64,000 bases of DNA from Phyllobates terribilis (GCF_046119375.1 NW_027362761.1:1155742001-1155806000); one strand, 5' to 3'. Positions 23,091-36,761 are shown, counted from the first letter of the stretch. Notes: generated by a model from the sequence alone, not told the origin. Program-made: numbers and translations.

Positions 23091-24588
23091 ATTCTATTAG
23101 TCCATCTATACTGACCTCCATCAGGTTGCAAACTGAATATAATTTTTTTCTGCATCTAGCTCTGAAAAAATATTTGGGCTTCTAGCAGTGTGTGGGACTT
23201 GTTCTATTAGTCCTTCTATACTGACCTCCAGCAGGTTGCAAATTGAATATAATTTTTTTCTGCATCTAACTCTGAAAAAATATTTGGGCTTCTAGCGGTG
23301 TGTGGGACTTGGTCTATTAGTCCATCTATACTGACCTCCATCAGGTTGCAAATTAAAAATAATTTTTTTCTGCATCTAGCTCTGAAAAAATATTTGGGCT
23401 TCTAGCAGTGTGTGGGACTTGGTCTATTAGTCCATCTATACTGACCTCCATCAGGTTGCAAATTAAAAATAATTTTTTTCTTCATTTATCTCTGAAAAAA
23501 TATTTGGGCTTCTAGCAGCGTGTGGGACTTGTTCTATTAGTCCATCTATACTGACCTCCATCAGGTTGCAAATTAAAAATAATTTTTTTCTGCATCTAGC
23601 TCTGAAAAAATATTTGGGCTTCTAGCAGTGTGTGGGACTTGGTCTATTAGTCCATCTATACTGACCTCCATCAGGTTGCTAATTGAATAAAAAAATTTTC
23701 TGCATCTAGCTCTGAAAAAATATTTGGGCTTCTAGCGGTGTGTGGGACTTGGTCTATTAGTCCATCTATACTGACCTCCATCAGGTTGCAAATTGAATAA
23801 AAAAAATTTCTGCATCTAGCTCTGAAAAAATATTTGGGCTTCTAGCGGTGTGTGGGACTTGGTCTATTAGTCCATCTATACTGACCTCCATCAGGTTGCA
23901 AATTAAAAATAATTTTTTTCTTCATTTATCTCTGAAAAAATATTTGGGCTTCTAGCAGCGTGTGGGACTTGTTCTATTAGTCCATCTATACTGACCTCCA
24001 TCAGGTTGCAAATTAAAAATAATTTTTTTCTGCATCTAGCTCTGAAAAAATATTTGGACTTCTAGCAGTGTGTGGGACTTGGTCTATTAGTCCATCTATA
24101 CTGACCTCCATCAGGTTGCAAATTGAATAAAAAAAATTTCTGCATCTAGCTCTGAAAAAATATTTGGGCTTCTAGCGGTGTGTGGGACTTGGTCTATTAG
24201 TCCATCTATACTGACCTCCATCAGGTTGCAAATTAAAAATAATTTTTTTCTGCATCTAGCTCTGAAAAAATATTTGGGCTTCTAGCAGTGTGTGGGACTT
24301 GGTCTATTAGTCCATCTATACTGACCTCCATCAGGTTGCAAATTAAAAATAATTTTTTTCTGCATCTAGCTCTGAAAAAATATTTGGGCTTCTAGCTGTG
24401 TGTGGGACTTGGTCTATTAGTCCATCTATACTGACCTCCATCAGGTTGCAAATTGAATAAAAAAATTTTCTGCATCTAGCTCTGAAAAAATATTTGGGCT
24501 TCTAGCGGTGTGTGGGACTTGGTCTATTAGTCCATCTATACTGACCTCCATCAGGTTGCAAATTAAAAATAATTTTTTTCTGCATCTA
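23091..24588 (+). repeat. 110-bp tandem array (~13.6 units)
   Basis: Period 110 from 23091 to 24521. Confidence 0.97.
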
Positions 24589-24704
24589 ACCCAGCCAATA
24601 GTTTTGGCCTAATACCACAGTTTGGCCACTCAGCTCTGCTCGGTTACCATCCATTGTTTTTTTGTGCAAACAACTCCAGAGTTGTGAATTAGTTAACCAC
24701 CAAA

Positions 24705-27700
24705 ATGAGTGGAAAAAGGCCTGCTGCTGGTGGAAAGGGGAATAGGCGTGTTGGGAAGGGGAAAAAAGGTTGTGTCCGTGGGGTAGGTGCAGAAGAAAGA
24801 CCATCTTCCAGCCAAACTAAAATGTCTACTTCTTTTAGCGGACAATGTGATAAGATCCCTTTCTTACGGCCACGCCAATCGCTACAAATTCCAGATGAGG
24901 CACAAAAACAGCAGGTGCTTCAACGGATATCAAGTGCTCCTTTAAGTGGGCTCTCCTCCACATCAACTTCAACATCACAAATACTCCAGTCCTCAAAGGT
25001 GTCACCCAAATCGCACTTGCTTCCTCACAGCTCCCAAATCTCCAGCTGCCCGTCTGAGTATGAGGTAGAACAGATGGTTGAGTCTGCAGAGCTGTTTACT
25101 CATACTATAGCCTGGGAATCAGAGGTCGACTCCAGCGCTTCTGTGAATCCAGACGAGGAAATGATCTGCACTGATGCCCAGAATCTTTATGAGTCGGATC
25201 CAGGACCAGACGCAGAAGGTTCTGACCATAATGTAGACCCTCATTCCCAAACTGTAACTCCTGTTGGTGGAGACAATGAGGAAGACGATGATAAGACTCA
25301 AATACCTGATTGGAGCGACAACTTTAGTTTTTGTCAGGGCAGGAACAGGTTGGCTCTGAGGACGACGGGTGTGATAACGCACAGGGTGATGATGATGAGG
25401 TCGGAGATCCCACTTACTGTCAACCCACAGTCAGCCAAGAGATGAGGTCAGCAGAGGAGGTGGAGGAAGATGCTAGTGACGACGAGGTCAGGTTGCGCCT
25501 TCCTGGACAGAGACGTAGTACTGGAAGCACGTCAACAACTGCATCCTCAAACACAACTCTGCCTCTCACCACAAGTCGTGGTGGCTCTTCAGGTCGCATG
25601 GGTGCTAAGCCTTGCATAGCCTGGGCATTTTTTCAGATCGATAAAGATGACCCAACTCGTGTTATCTGTAACATTTGTCAGCAAAAGCTAAGTAGAGGCC
25701 AAAAAATACATAGTTTGAGTACTTCATGCATGAACCGGCACATGGACATGAAGCATAAGTTGCAGTGGGAAGCTCAGTGTGCTACAATGCGGCCTAGCCG
25801 GCCGGGCCAACCACCGTCTGCCATATCTTGTGCATCCGCGGCCTCTTCATCCTCTGTGACTGGGGGGACAGCAGTCACACCTGTTTTGGGGCGCAGACCT
25901 GCCACCTCTTTACCCGCAACAGCCAGCGTGATTGGCAGGTCATCATTTTCTTTGGAGGTGGTAACACCAGCTGGTCTTGAGCGCTGTCCGACATCGATAG
26001 CACCACCTTTGGATCAAGGCAACCTAACATGTCCGCCTGCATCTTCCTCACAGACCGGCAGTTTGCCGGGGACACCCTTATCAACCCCGTCTAAGCACAA
26101 TAGCCAGCCCTCGGTCCCTCAGATGTGGACAAGTAAAAGACCATTTCCTCCTAGCCATGAGAAAGCTAAGAGGTTGAATTTCACCATCTGCAAGCTCTTG
26201 GCTACAGAAATGCTGCCTTTCCGCCTGGTGGACACAGAGGATTTTCGAGACCTTATGTCCGTCGCAGTGCCCCAGTACCAGATGCCCAGTCGGCACTACT
26301 TCTCAAAGAAAGGTGTGCCTGTGCTCCACCAGCATGTCGCACACAACATCACCGCTTCTTTGAGAAACTCTGTGTGTGACAGGGTGCATTTCACCACAGA
26401 CACTTGGACGAGTAGGCATGGACAGGGGCGTTACATGTCGCTGACTGGGCACTGGGTAACTATGGTGACAGCAGGACAAGGGGCTGCTGTCCAAGTCTTG
26501 CCGTCCCCACGAGTTGTGCGTCAATCCTCTTTATGTCAAAGTTCCTCCACTGCTTCTGCCTCCTCAACCTCCTCTCGGTCTTCCACCTGCACCCAAAGCC
26601 TGTCTGGTCATGCCACAAGCTTTCTAACTGCGCAGAAGGGATCCTGCACACCTCCTTACTATGCTGGGAGTAGGGCTCAACGTCATCAGGCGGTTTTTAC
26701 ATTGAAATGTCTGGGAAATGTGAGTCACACAGCTGAGGAGTTGTGGTCAGCTCTGGAGAACCAATTTCATGAATGGTTGTCTCCACTGGACCTGAAACCA
26801 GGGAAGGCCGTGTGCGACAATGCTGCAAACCTGGGTGCGGCCCTTCGCCGGGGCAATGTCACACACGTGCCTTGTATGGCTCACGTGTTGAACCTGGTTG
26901 TCCAGCAATTTTTAGCCCACTATCCTAGACTAGATGGCCTTCTGCAGAGGGCACGGTCGCTGTGTGCTCACTTCCGCCGTTCGCATCCCGCAGCTCAGCG
27001 ACTTACATCTCTACAGAAGTCGTTGGGCCTGCCACTTCACCGGCTAAAATGCGATGTGCCTACCCGGTGGAATTCAACTCTGCACATGTTGCAGCGACTG
27101 TGGCAGCACCGACAAGCCCTGGTGCAATACGTTCTGACGTATAGCCTGGGCCAACGAGATTCAGAGGTGGGGCAAATCACGCTGGAGGAGTGGTCTCAGA
27201 TCAGGGACCTATGCACCCTTCTGCACAGTTTTGAAATGGCGACGAAGATGTTTAGTGCTGACGATGCCATTATCAGCATGACTATTCCGGTGATTTACAT
27301 GCTGGAGCACATGTTAAACAGAATTCGGAGTCAGGTGGTGGCACAAGAGGAGGTGGAGGAAGTAGAGGAGGAGGAGTTGTATGCGGAAGGGCTAACATCT
27401 GCAAGGTCCAGACGGTCGGCAGCACCAAGGCGGCAGGCATGTGAGGGTGGGGGAGATGATTTTACCAGGGCGCATGGTAGCAGCCAAACTAGTGAGGAAG
27501 GTGCAGGAGCCCAGGAAGAAGTGGAGGACGAACTGATGGAAGACTCATCAGATGAGGGAGACCTTGATCACATTTCTGTTGTGCGAGGTTGGGGGGAGAG
27601 GACAGAGGAAGGAAGCATGATTGTTACCTCGCCACCAACACAACAGGGACTTGGTGCTCCTGGATGCGCAACACACATGAGTGCCTTCTTGCTGCACTAC

Positions 27701-28383
27701 CTGCAACATGACCCTCGAATTGTGAGAATTAGAAATAATCCTGACTACTGGGTTGCCACACTGTTAGGTCCCCGGTACAAAAGTAAATTTGCAGAAATTA
27801 TTCCTGCCATAGAAAGGGATGCACGCATGCAGGAGTATCAGCAGAGACTGTTGCAGAATCTTACATGTGCTTTTCCACAAAATACCAGTGGTGCACGTAG
27901 TGAATCTCACAGTTCCAACTTGCCAACCGTGGGACCGTCAAGTGTTCAGCACTCAAACCGTAACAGAACCACAGTATCTGCTGGTAACATCAATTTTGCG
28001 GAATCATTTCACCACTTTTTTTAGCCCATCCTTTGCAAGGCCACAGGAGACAAGAAGTCTGACACATAGTCAACGCCTAGAGACGATGGTACAGGAGTAT
28101 CTCCAAGTAAACATTGAAGCCACGACTGTGTCACTGGACCCTTGCTCTTTTTGGGCTTCCAATCTGGATAAATGGCCGGAGCTAGCCACTTACGCCTTGG
28201 AGATCTTGTCATGCCCCGCAGCCAGCGTTCTGTCTGAACGTGTGTTCAGCGCTGCTGGTGGTGTGCTGACATAAGCGCACCCGGCTCTCCACTGATAATG
28301 TAGACAGACTCACGTTCATAAAGATGAACAAATCATGGATCCGAAACGACTTTTCTACCCCTGTGTCATCCTGGGGAGAGTAA
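24705..28383 (+). pseudogene. hAT transposase, frameshifted (three ORF pieces)
   Basis: Near-identical to 5756-9352; -1 in a T-run at ~25330, +1 in a T-run at ~28020, 2-bp deletion giving TAA at 28272-28274. Confidence 0.92.
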
Positions 28384-28711
28384 AAGCTTGATGATTGGTT
28401 AAAATCACCCTACCAACCGTTTTAAGCTTTCAAATTACTAATCATGTTTATCTGTATCTTGACTGGAAAATAATTTGGGCTTTGTAGCAGTGTGCAGCAC
28501 TGATCCTATTAGGCCATCTATAATAAGCTTCACCAGATTTAAAATTAAAAATAATTTTTAGCTGCATCTAGCCCGGAAAATAATTTTGGGGGTCCGAGAT
28601 GCGCAAGACACATAAGTGCCTTCTTGCTGCACTACCTGCAGCATGACCCTCATATTGTCAGAATTCGAAGTAATCATGACTACTGGGTTGCCACACTCTT
28701 AGATCCCCCAA

Positions 28712-30082
28712 ACTTTTCGATCAACCTTTTCATTTTAATAAAGACCAAAAAAATGGTCATTTTTGAAATTATAAGCATTAGCAGGTTGTTAGAAACTGAA
28801 ATCAAACAGTTTTCAACTCAAAACTTTATTGTAGGTGATGTTACATTTTCACATAGGACCCCTTGTTCGAAAGGAGCTTCTGAACTCTCTCGTCCATTGA
28901 ATTTGTCAGGTTTTGGATGGTTTCTGCTTCAATTGTTTTGCATGAGGACAGAATACCCTCCCAGAGCTGTTGCTTAGATGTGAACTGCCTCCCGCCATCA
29001 TAGACACTCCTTTTAATGATGCTCCAAAGGTTCTGAATGGGGTAGAGGTCAGGGGAGCATGGGGGTCACACCATAAGTTTGTCCCCTTTTATGCCCATAT
29101 CAGCCAGAGATGCAGATGTTTTATGTGCAGCATGAGATGGTGCATTATCATGCAGAAAAATGATCTTGCTGTGAAATACACGGTTCTTCTTCTTGAACCA
29201 TGGCAGGAAGTGCTGTTTGAGAAAATCCACATACATTATGGAGTTCATCTTTAGCGCCTTCAGGGATCCTAAAGGGGCCGACAATCTCTCTCCCCATGAT
29301 TCCAGCCCAAAACATTACTCCACCTCCTCCTTGTTGGCGCTGTAGCCGTGTTTGCGTGGGGTGTCCATCAACCAGCCATCCTCCACTCCATTCATCTGGA
29401 CCATCGAGCGCTGCACGGCACTCATCCATGAACAAAACAGTTTTGAAATCAGTCTTCATGTATTGTTTGGCCCACTGGAGCCCTTTCTGCTTGTGTGCAG
29501 TGGATAGAGAAGGTCGACAGGATGGCGTATGCACAGCTGCAAACCTCTGAAGGACCCTGCATCTTGTAGTTCGGGGGACGTTGGAGGCACAAGCAGCTTC
29601 AAAAACTTGTCTGCTGCTATGACAAGGCTTTTTTGCCGTTGCTCTTTCAACCTGACGTAATTGCCTGTAGGAAAGAGTCCTCAATTTGCCCTTATCAGCA
29701 CGCACACGTGTGTACTGTGAATCAGCTACATACTTCTTGATTGCCAAGACACTTCATCCTGATCATCGCACAATGTTGATTGTAGTCATGCCTTGACCTA
29801 AACACTCCACAATTTGTTGCTTCTCAGCAGCCGACACATCCTTTTTCTTTCCCATTTTGGCAGAAAATGTAGGCTGCTTAATAATGTGAGAGAGCCTTCT
29901 TAAGTAGTCTTGCCTTTCATTGGACACACCTGCCAAACTAATTAGCACAGGTGTCTGCAATTGCTTACAGTGATATAAAGAGCCCTGACACACATCACCA
30001 TCAATGAGTTTAACTGACAAACAAACAAATTCTTCCCTTATCACTCCTAAACACTTTTTGCATAATAATTTGGAACGCGGTG
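28712..30082 (-). mobile_element. Tc1 remnant (copy of 9900-11272)
   Basis: Collinear with copy 1; ORF 29148-29747 is Tc1 transposase. Confidence 0.9.
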
Positions 30083-30154
30083 TACATGTGCTTTTCCACA
30101 AAACACCAGTGGTTCACGTAGTGAATCTTACAGTTCTAACTTGCCAACCGTGGT

Positions 30155-31975
30155 CTGTATGGAATTGTTCAATAAAGGGCCCAAAATTAAGATAACATAG
30201 ATGGGAGAGGTCTCTATGAATAGGAATTCCTAAGTATTTGATACCCTGTGAGGGCCAGGCAAAGGGAAAGTTGGACTGGATGGAATCCTATATGGATTTA
30301 GGGAGGGAGACATCGAGGGCCTCAGACTTCGCTGCATTGATTTTAAAATTTTACCATGTAACAAAGTGATCTATTTCAGCCATAACAGCAGGGATGGATA
30401 TATGTGATTGAGTGATATATACTAGGACATCATCAGCAAATAGAGAGCACTTGTACTCGGTGCCTCCCACCTCAATCCACCTAATATTGGGGTTATGGCG
30501 AATTGATGAGAGCAGGTGCTCCGTCACTAGGATGTATAAGAGAGGGGACAGAGGACATCCCTGCCTTGTCCCATTGGTGATTGTGAAAATGTTCTGACGC
30601 ACCCCCTGGGCCTTGGGACACCCGGAGCCGGACCCTTTTTGGTGGATGCTGGTGGTTGTAGTCTTCGTGGCGGCAATCCGGTTCCGTGGCTCAGGGCGGT
30701 CAAACCAGTGGCGGAACTATTTATGTGGTTTTGATGTTTAAATGTCCGACTACGCCACCCGTGGATTGCGGTCAGAGTGAACCGCCGCTACAGGGCAGAC
30801 CGCTAAGGCTGGTGTTGTGGGTGCAGCAGAGCGTAGCATAACTCCCCACGGGAGGAGTATAGCCTCAGGGCAGTGTATGCGGAGGATGGGGGTGATGGTG
30901 CAGGGCAGCAGCAGTAACGACTCGGAGTCAGTGATGCAGTTCAGGGCCTTTACTCACAGTTCTTATTATCCAGACCACGTCTGCAGGTAACGGCTGCCCA
31001 CGTCGTACTGTGCTCACCAGGTGAGGGGCTCAGACAACTCCCAGATAACTTTGGAGCGCTTCACAGGACCCCCTTTGTGTGTCCTTTGTCTGGCCTTTCT
31101 TACCAACACTTCTGTCCGGCTGCCTCGGGCCTCCTCTTGGTAAACTTGGCGCCAGTTTCCCTGACCCTATGTGGTGCCTTCCTAGCGGGTGGAGCAAGGG
31201 GCTGCGCCACATAAAATGTCAGAGCCTCCGGTTTCTAGCTGAGGGTCGTTTCCTGCCTCCACTAGTTCGGGGACCGGTCTCCCCCTTTGGCCTGACCCCT
31301 CCACGCAGGTGGATTCGGGTGTGCGGTGGCGACTCGCCCGTCCGCACCCCTGGGATCCCTTCATTCCTCGTTCCTGGAGCCTTCTCCGCTCCTCTTCCTT
31401 CCTTCTCCCTCTTGCAGGCCTGGGCCTCTGTTACTAGGCCCGCCTCCGGAGCAGAGCTCATGCAGAGCCCCTGCTCCCTGCCACTTCTGCTCAGACTTCT
31501 CTGCACTGAACTAAGATGGTGCCCACCTTTTATACTCCCTTCTCAATGCACCCAGGAACTGCTTCCTCCCTGCTCCTGCACTACAGGGTTCCCCTTCCTC
31601 AGTGTTCCCTCCCCCCACTCCAGCCAGGGACAGGGACTGTCGTGCCCATCTCAGGGGCATATTGGTCGCCCTGCCCCACGGCAATGTGGTGTAATGCATG
31701 CAGGTGTCGGGTCCTGATCCACACTCCATCCTTACCTGAGAGTGAGATATCACACCTCTGGGTGAGGTGCAATACGTCTGTAGCAACCGAGCCCTCAGGG
31801 TGCTACAGTTCCATTTATCTTCAGCCTAGGTGACGTATTGCGATACAGGGCCGTGATTTTGGCTATAAAAGGGTCCCCTAGACCCCTACCCCAAGCTCTT
31901 TAAGAGAATCATATATGGCGTGCCAGGAGACTCTATGGAATGCTTTCTCAGCATCCAACGAGAGTATCTAATTAC
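30155..31975 (-). pseudogene. L1 RT fragment with solo LTR 30595-31807 (TSD GTTC), copy of 11346-13145
   Basis: Same junctions as in copy 1. Confidence 0.9.
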
Positions 31976-32164
31976 AAATTTTTAACTGCATCTAGCCCAG
32001 GAAATACTTTGTGCCTAGTAGCAGTGTCTGCTAGTCAGCGGATTATCCCGGCTGTTAAGCAAGCTACACCACCTGTAGTTTAGACACTTAATTTTTTCAA
32101 AGGAAATGCTTCGGGACCATGGGATACTTAGTGAAGAGCATCAGGAGGCACCCCAAGGCATAGG

Positions 32165-32348
32165 GGCTGGGACTGGCAGTAGGATGCCTTGCGGTGGACA
32201 GCCGAGCTCGATCCTTATAAAAGCTTTTTAACTGCAGCAGCTTTAGTGGACGCTACTGGAGCTGGAATTACGCGGCTGCTGGCATGAGACTTGCCCTCCA
32301 ATAGATCCTTGTAAATGGATTTAAAGTGTATTCATTCAAATTAGAGAG
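32165..32348 (-). pseudogene. 18S rRNA fragment (copy of 13340-13523)
   Basis: Same 18S segment. Confidence 0.9.
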
Positions 32349-33976
32349 ACAATTTAAATTAAAAAGCTTAGAGCTGCCTCCACCACAGGGGGGCTCGCTC
32401 GACCCACCAGCGGACAGGCACCAGTATTGGGAGAGGGGGGCTGGCCGTCAGGGTTCACCGCGGCTCTGGCACAAACCCGGCGACACGGAGGTGGCACGGG
32501 CAGGAGCGGACTGGCCGTGTCGGCTTCTCACTTTTTGGATTTTAGAAGGGCATGACATGCCTATATCTGTGTCTCCCCCTCCTTTTACTCCTCCACCTCT
32601 TTTATTTTCGCATGACTATATGTACTTGTCACTTTTCCATGTGTTAGTTATGTCTTCTGAGCAGTTTGTCAGCTTTTGGACACCTTTGAAGGTGTTTTCT
32701 ATGTGTTTCTATGTGTTTTTGTTTGCCTGCCATTGGTTTTAGCGGTGTTCGAAGGTGTTCGACGAACAGTTCGACGAACAGTTCGGCGAACACACGGGTG
32801 TTCGACGAACCGAACCGAACTCGAACACTACGGGGGTGGCTCAACACTAATGAAGACTGCACCCCACTGTGTCCTTGACTCATTACTGCGCCACCAGCCC
32901 TGCACTACACTGCACAGCAACATCTACCTCATCAAATCATCAACTACACTGCCCTGGAGCTAAGCTCTGCCTGTGGAGAGCTGAACCAACTCTGCTGCAT
33001 CACCATCAGCTCCAGAGGATCTGCACCGCAGCGGCGGCCCCATATAGCCGCATACCACAGGTGGCGTCACGAACATTATTTCTAAAAACTTTATTCCCAT
33101 TTTACTTTCCCTTTAATTGACCAGCCTGGGTCATGGACCGGGTCACCGCCACCGTGGCATCTCCCAGCATCGACCGGCCCGGCTACCGAGTACCCCACGG
33201 CCCAGGGGGCGCGTCATAGAAGCAAAAGAGGTAAAGCATTTCCCTGCCTGTTTTTAAACAATGTTTTACTTCAAAGAAAGAATTATTTGTGATTCCATGA
33301 TGTAATGTCTGTATTCTCTTTTGCTTCCTCCCCTGCCCAGGAGATGTGGTATGATCAGACCATGTTCCTGTACAGTCAGACACGGCCATTACACAGTACA
33401 CAGTCGGGGCACATTTATAAGATTATCTCAGCACAGGAACATTTAAACACATCCTATTGTGGAAATTATTATAAGATCTATTGATTAAAATGAACTTTTG
33501 TTTGTGGGAAAACCCCTTTAAGTTGCACATACCCTTAAGGTGTTTTTTTTTTTCTTACCATTGCACTACTTCTTCCCCTGGAGGGTAGACATCAAATGAA
33601 TGGAGTCATTTGATGAACAGCAGAGCATTAATGTGTTTCTTAGGAAGAGGAGCATACATAGAAATCACGGGGCCCATAACAAGTGACCGTATTAGGTCCT
33701 TCCCCACCCAAAAAAATTCTGCAAATATGTGGGGTAGTACACACGATTCACACAAAGTATGTGGGGTCACGGCACATAGGCTCAGTCACAGAAGAACATA
33801 CCTTGCAATTTTTAAACACAGGGAGAGGGACATGTATTACAGCACATAGTGTTCTCACCAACTTGCAATATGCCTTTCACAACCCTTATACAGTATGATA
33901 TCCCCCAAAATGGCCCCCAAAATGATACCCCGCAGTGAATTCCCCCACATAACTTTGCCCCTACTGTACTGTACTG

Positions 33977-34091
33977 CCGTGTGCATGATTTGCGACTGTT
34001 TGACAGCTTTAATACATGTGAGGAATGCTTAAGAAACAAGCATTCCTCACATGTATTAAAGCTGTTAAGCAGTCGCAAATCATGCACACGG
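33977..34091. repeat. Near-perfect inverted repeat (~54-bp arms, 7-nt loop)
   Basis: CCGTGTGCATGATTTGCGACTG...GGAATGCTT-AAGAAAC-AAGCATTCC...CAGTCGCAAATCATGCACACGG. Confidence 0.9.
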
Positions 34092-34155
34092 GAGTGATTC
34101 AAACAAAACATTGAGCACGCTGAAGGGTTAACCGAACATACTCGCTCATCACTAG

Positions 34156-34376
34156 TTATAAAGCCATTTCTAAAGCTTTGGGACTCCAGCGAACCACAGT
34201 GAGAGCAATTATCCACAAATGGCGAAACAGTAGTGCCAGGAGTGGCAGGCCGACCAAAATTACCCCAAGAGCGCAGTGACGACTCATTCAAGAGGTCACA
34301 AAAGACTCCACAACAACATCCAAAGAACTGCAAGCCTCACTTGCCTCAGTTAAGGTCAGTGTTCATGAGTCCACCA
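34156..34376 (+). pseudogene. Tc1 transposase N-terminal fragment
   Basis: YKAISKALGLQRTTVRAIIHKW...RSGRPTKITPR...TTTSKELQASL. Confidence 0.85.
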
Positions 34377-34784
34377 GGGGACGAGGTTCAGGAACTGGCC
34401 ACACACAGATCAGGGGATGAGGTTGAGGCACTGGCTACACACTGACCAGGTGTCGAGGTTCATGCACTGTATGAACAAGGACCAGGATAGCACGTTCATT
34501 CTCAGGCCCCACAAGGACCAGGGGTTCGAGTTCAGGACCTAACCACACAAGGATCAGGGGACCTGACAACTCACTAGTAGCACACTCAAACTAACTAATA
34601 AATGCACGTTGCTTAGGCACCTGCGCATGCAATAGGCGTGCCACCGGGAAGTATGGAGCGCACAAAACAAGGAAGCAGGGAGCACGCGGGGGACCACGCC
34701 GCACGACCGGGGCAGTGAATATGCCGGCCTCCCTGCGTAGAGGGGGAGTGGGTACCATGCAGGGCCACCGGCAATAGCGTTACA
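34377..34784 (-). mobile_element. Truncated LTR-like fragment
   Basis: Ends GCGTTACA on plus strand; short internal tandem repeats; no TSD. Confidence 0.35.
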
Positions 34785-35761
34785 TCAGCCACATGCTGCC
34801 ATCATTCAGTAGTAAAACCTAGTGATCAGAGCAGAGGTAGCAGTTGTATGTTCAGACATAAAGTAACACTTTTCTTCCAGTGCTCCAGTGAATTAGGCAG
34901 TCTTGAGAAAACCCAAGGTCACCTGTTTGAATGACTTAAACTGAACACATACAGTCCAAGAGGAGACACATTTCTGGACATATCATTGGTGCAACCTGTG
35001 CGACCGCACAGGTGCCCGAGAGGTTAAGGGGCCCATCTCTACCTCCAAAGAAGATGGAATTGTGCATTATAATCAGCAAAGGGCCCGTATAAAAATGGCC
35101 ACTACTCCTGATCTCGGAGTTATTCAATTTATTGAGTTACCTCATAGAGGACACTGTCACCTTATAACAAATAAAAAAAGAATTCTAAAAGGCAAATGCT
35201 TTAAATTAAGGATGAACTGCTCAAACTAATGGAATAAAGAGAGGTTCTTCAGTAGTCTCAAAGTAACAGGACATCCTCAAAAAGAACAAGGATATTAAAA
35301 ATGTCATTAACCCACCCTGACCTGAGTAGTCTCGAAAGTTTTCCATTTATTGCCACCTTTTCATTTAGACATTAAAATGTATCAACCACTGAGGACCTTC
35401 AAATTTTAATATTTTTCTATCTACTGGCAAAGATATATTTTTCCCATGTGACACCACCCACAACTCACATTCATAAGGGAACAAAATCTGCAGTATAGAT
35501 TGACAAATGGTCACTTTACCACTGCCTCTAATAGCGAGCCTGCAGACAAGGAGGCCCACCGCTACAAAAAATACTGTTTTTTATTTTCTGTTATAACAAT
35601 GTAAAATGTTGTGCTCCTTTCTATCCATGTCTCACAATTACTGGTACATTGGCACAACAATGAGATTTTCTGGTGGACAATGAATACAGCAATCTATGGC
35701 TGGCATCCAAAGTTCACTTTTGTTGGTGTCTATAATGGGTAAGACACTCTGAGTTACCACT

Positions 35762-36154
35762 TTAAGGAGGTTATCCAGTGAAAACAAGATATGACTTATA
35801 CACAGGATAGCTGACAACTTGCTGATCAGTGGGAGTCTGACTGCTGCGACCGGCACCAATCGACAGATCAGGAAATTTTATCCTTGATAGAGAACTTCTA
35901 TCCCCATTACAAAATGGCATGACAGGATGGACGCTTGACTACCGCTCCTTTCATTCTTTTTTGGGGCTGCCCAAAATTCAGAGGGTTGCATTCCGCAGCA
36001 CCATAGGGAAGGAATGGAGCTGCAGATGAGCATGTGCAATATTCTAATGGGGATAAAAGTTCAGCATTCTGCTGGTAAGTCAACCACTGATCAACAAGTT
36101 ATCACCTTTCCTGTGGATAGGGTAAACCTTTTTTTCACTGGACAACCCATTTAA
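35762..36154. mobile_element. Kolobok/T2-type MITE
   Basis: TTAAGGAGGTTATCCAGTG ... CACTGGACAACCCATTTAA inverted termini. Confidence 0.7.
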
Positions 36155-36169
36155 CTTTAATAAAGGTAT

Positions 36170-36761
36170 TGTCACGGGTGTGTCAGGTTTGACAGACTGT
36201 CATTCTGGATCTGGCTGTAGAAGGTCTCTTCGCTTGGCCTTGCAGACACCTTCTTGATCTTTTCATCATCACTACCTCTCTAGGACCCAGCTGTGATCTC
36301 CACTTTCTGCTGCTAATTAACACACCCTTGCTGGATCTTTAAAGACACTCAGTTTCTCCAGAGAATCGCTGGTGATAGAGTAAATTCCTCTGTTCAGGTC
36401 TCGAGTTCTAGCAGTCGGTTAGATTCTTCTTGGAGTTCCTTTGTGGATTGTAGTCGTGTGATCTCTCTGGTGTCTTCTTAAGCTAAGTGCATTCCTTTGT
36501 CTGTTTACCTGTTTGTCTTTAGTTGCAGTTGGGCTGACTAGTGCTCACCCCTCCCCCTCCATACCTATGGTCTAACTCTAGGGTCAGCCAGGGCTAATGT
36601 GTCCTGCTCAACGATAGGTGCGAAACCTATTTAGGGATAATAGGGGAGTCAGGGTGTTGTTAGATCTGCTTAGGGTTCTCCACTCTCCCTTTCCCTAGTT
36701 GCTGGGCTTCCCCCCTTTTCCCATCATCATACGCTTGGTCCTTCCCATACCTAGCATGACA
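36170..36761 (+). mobile_element. Solo LTR (592 bp), Gypsy
   Basis: TGTCA...TGACA; 5-bp TSD GGTAT. Confidence 0.9.

Larger units (their letters stand above)
22176..32849 (+). mobile_element. Composite hAT DNA transposon, copy 2, complete (10,674 bp)
   Basis: TIRs TAGAGATGAGC / GCTCAACACTA; perfect 8-bp TSD ATGAAGAC (22168-22175 / 32850-32857). Confidence 0.97.
18456..33218 (+). mobile_element. Internally deleted Gypsy element: 5' LTR 18456-19729, ~1.5 kb internal region, 3' LTR 21258-33218 interrupted by hAT copy 2
   Basis: Two homologous LTRs; PBS 19734-19751; PPT 21239-21257; probable TSD GAAG (18452-18455 / 33219-33222); inserted in a palindromic MITE arm (18407-18455 is the inverted match of ~33323-33372). 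Confidence 0.9.

Noticed and set aside
35600-35745. Trp-rich frame ending at a GTAAGA donor-like site
   Set aside because: No upstream AG acceptor before the in-frame stop; no homology recognised.
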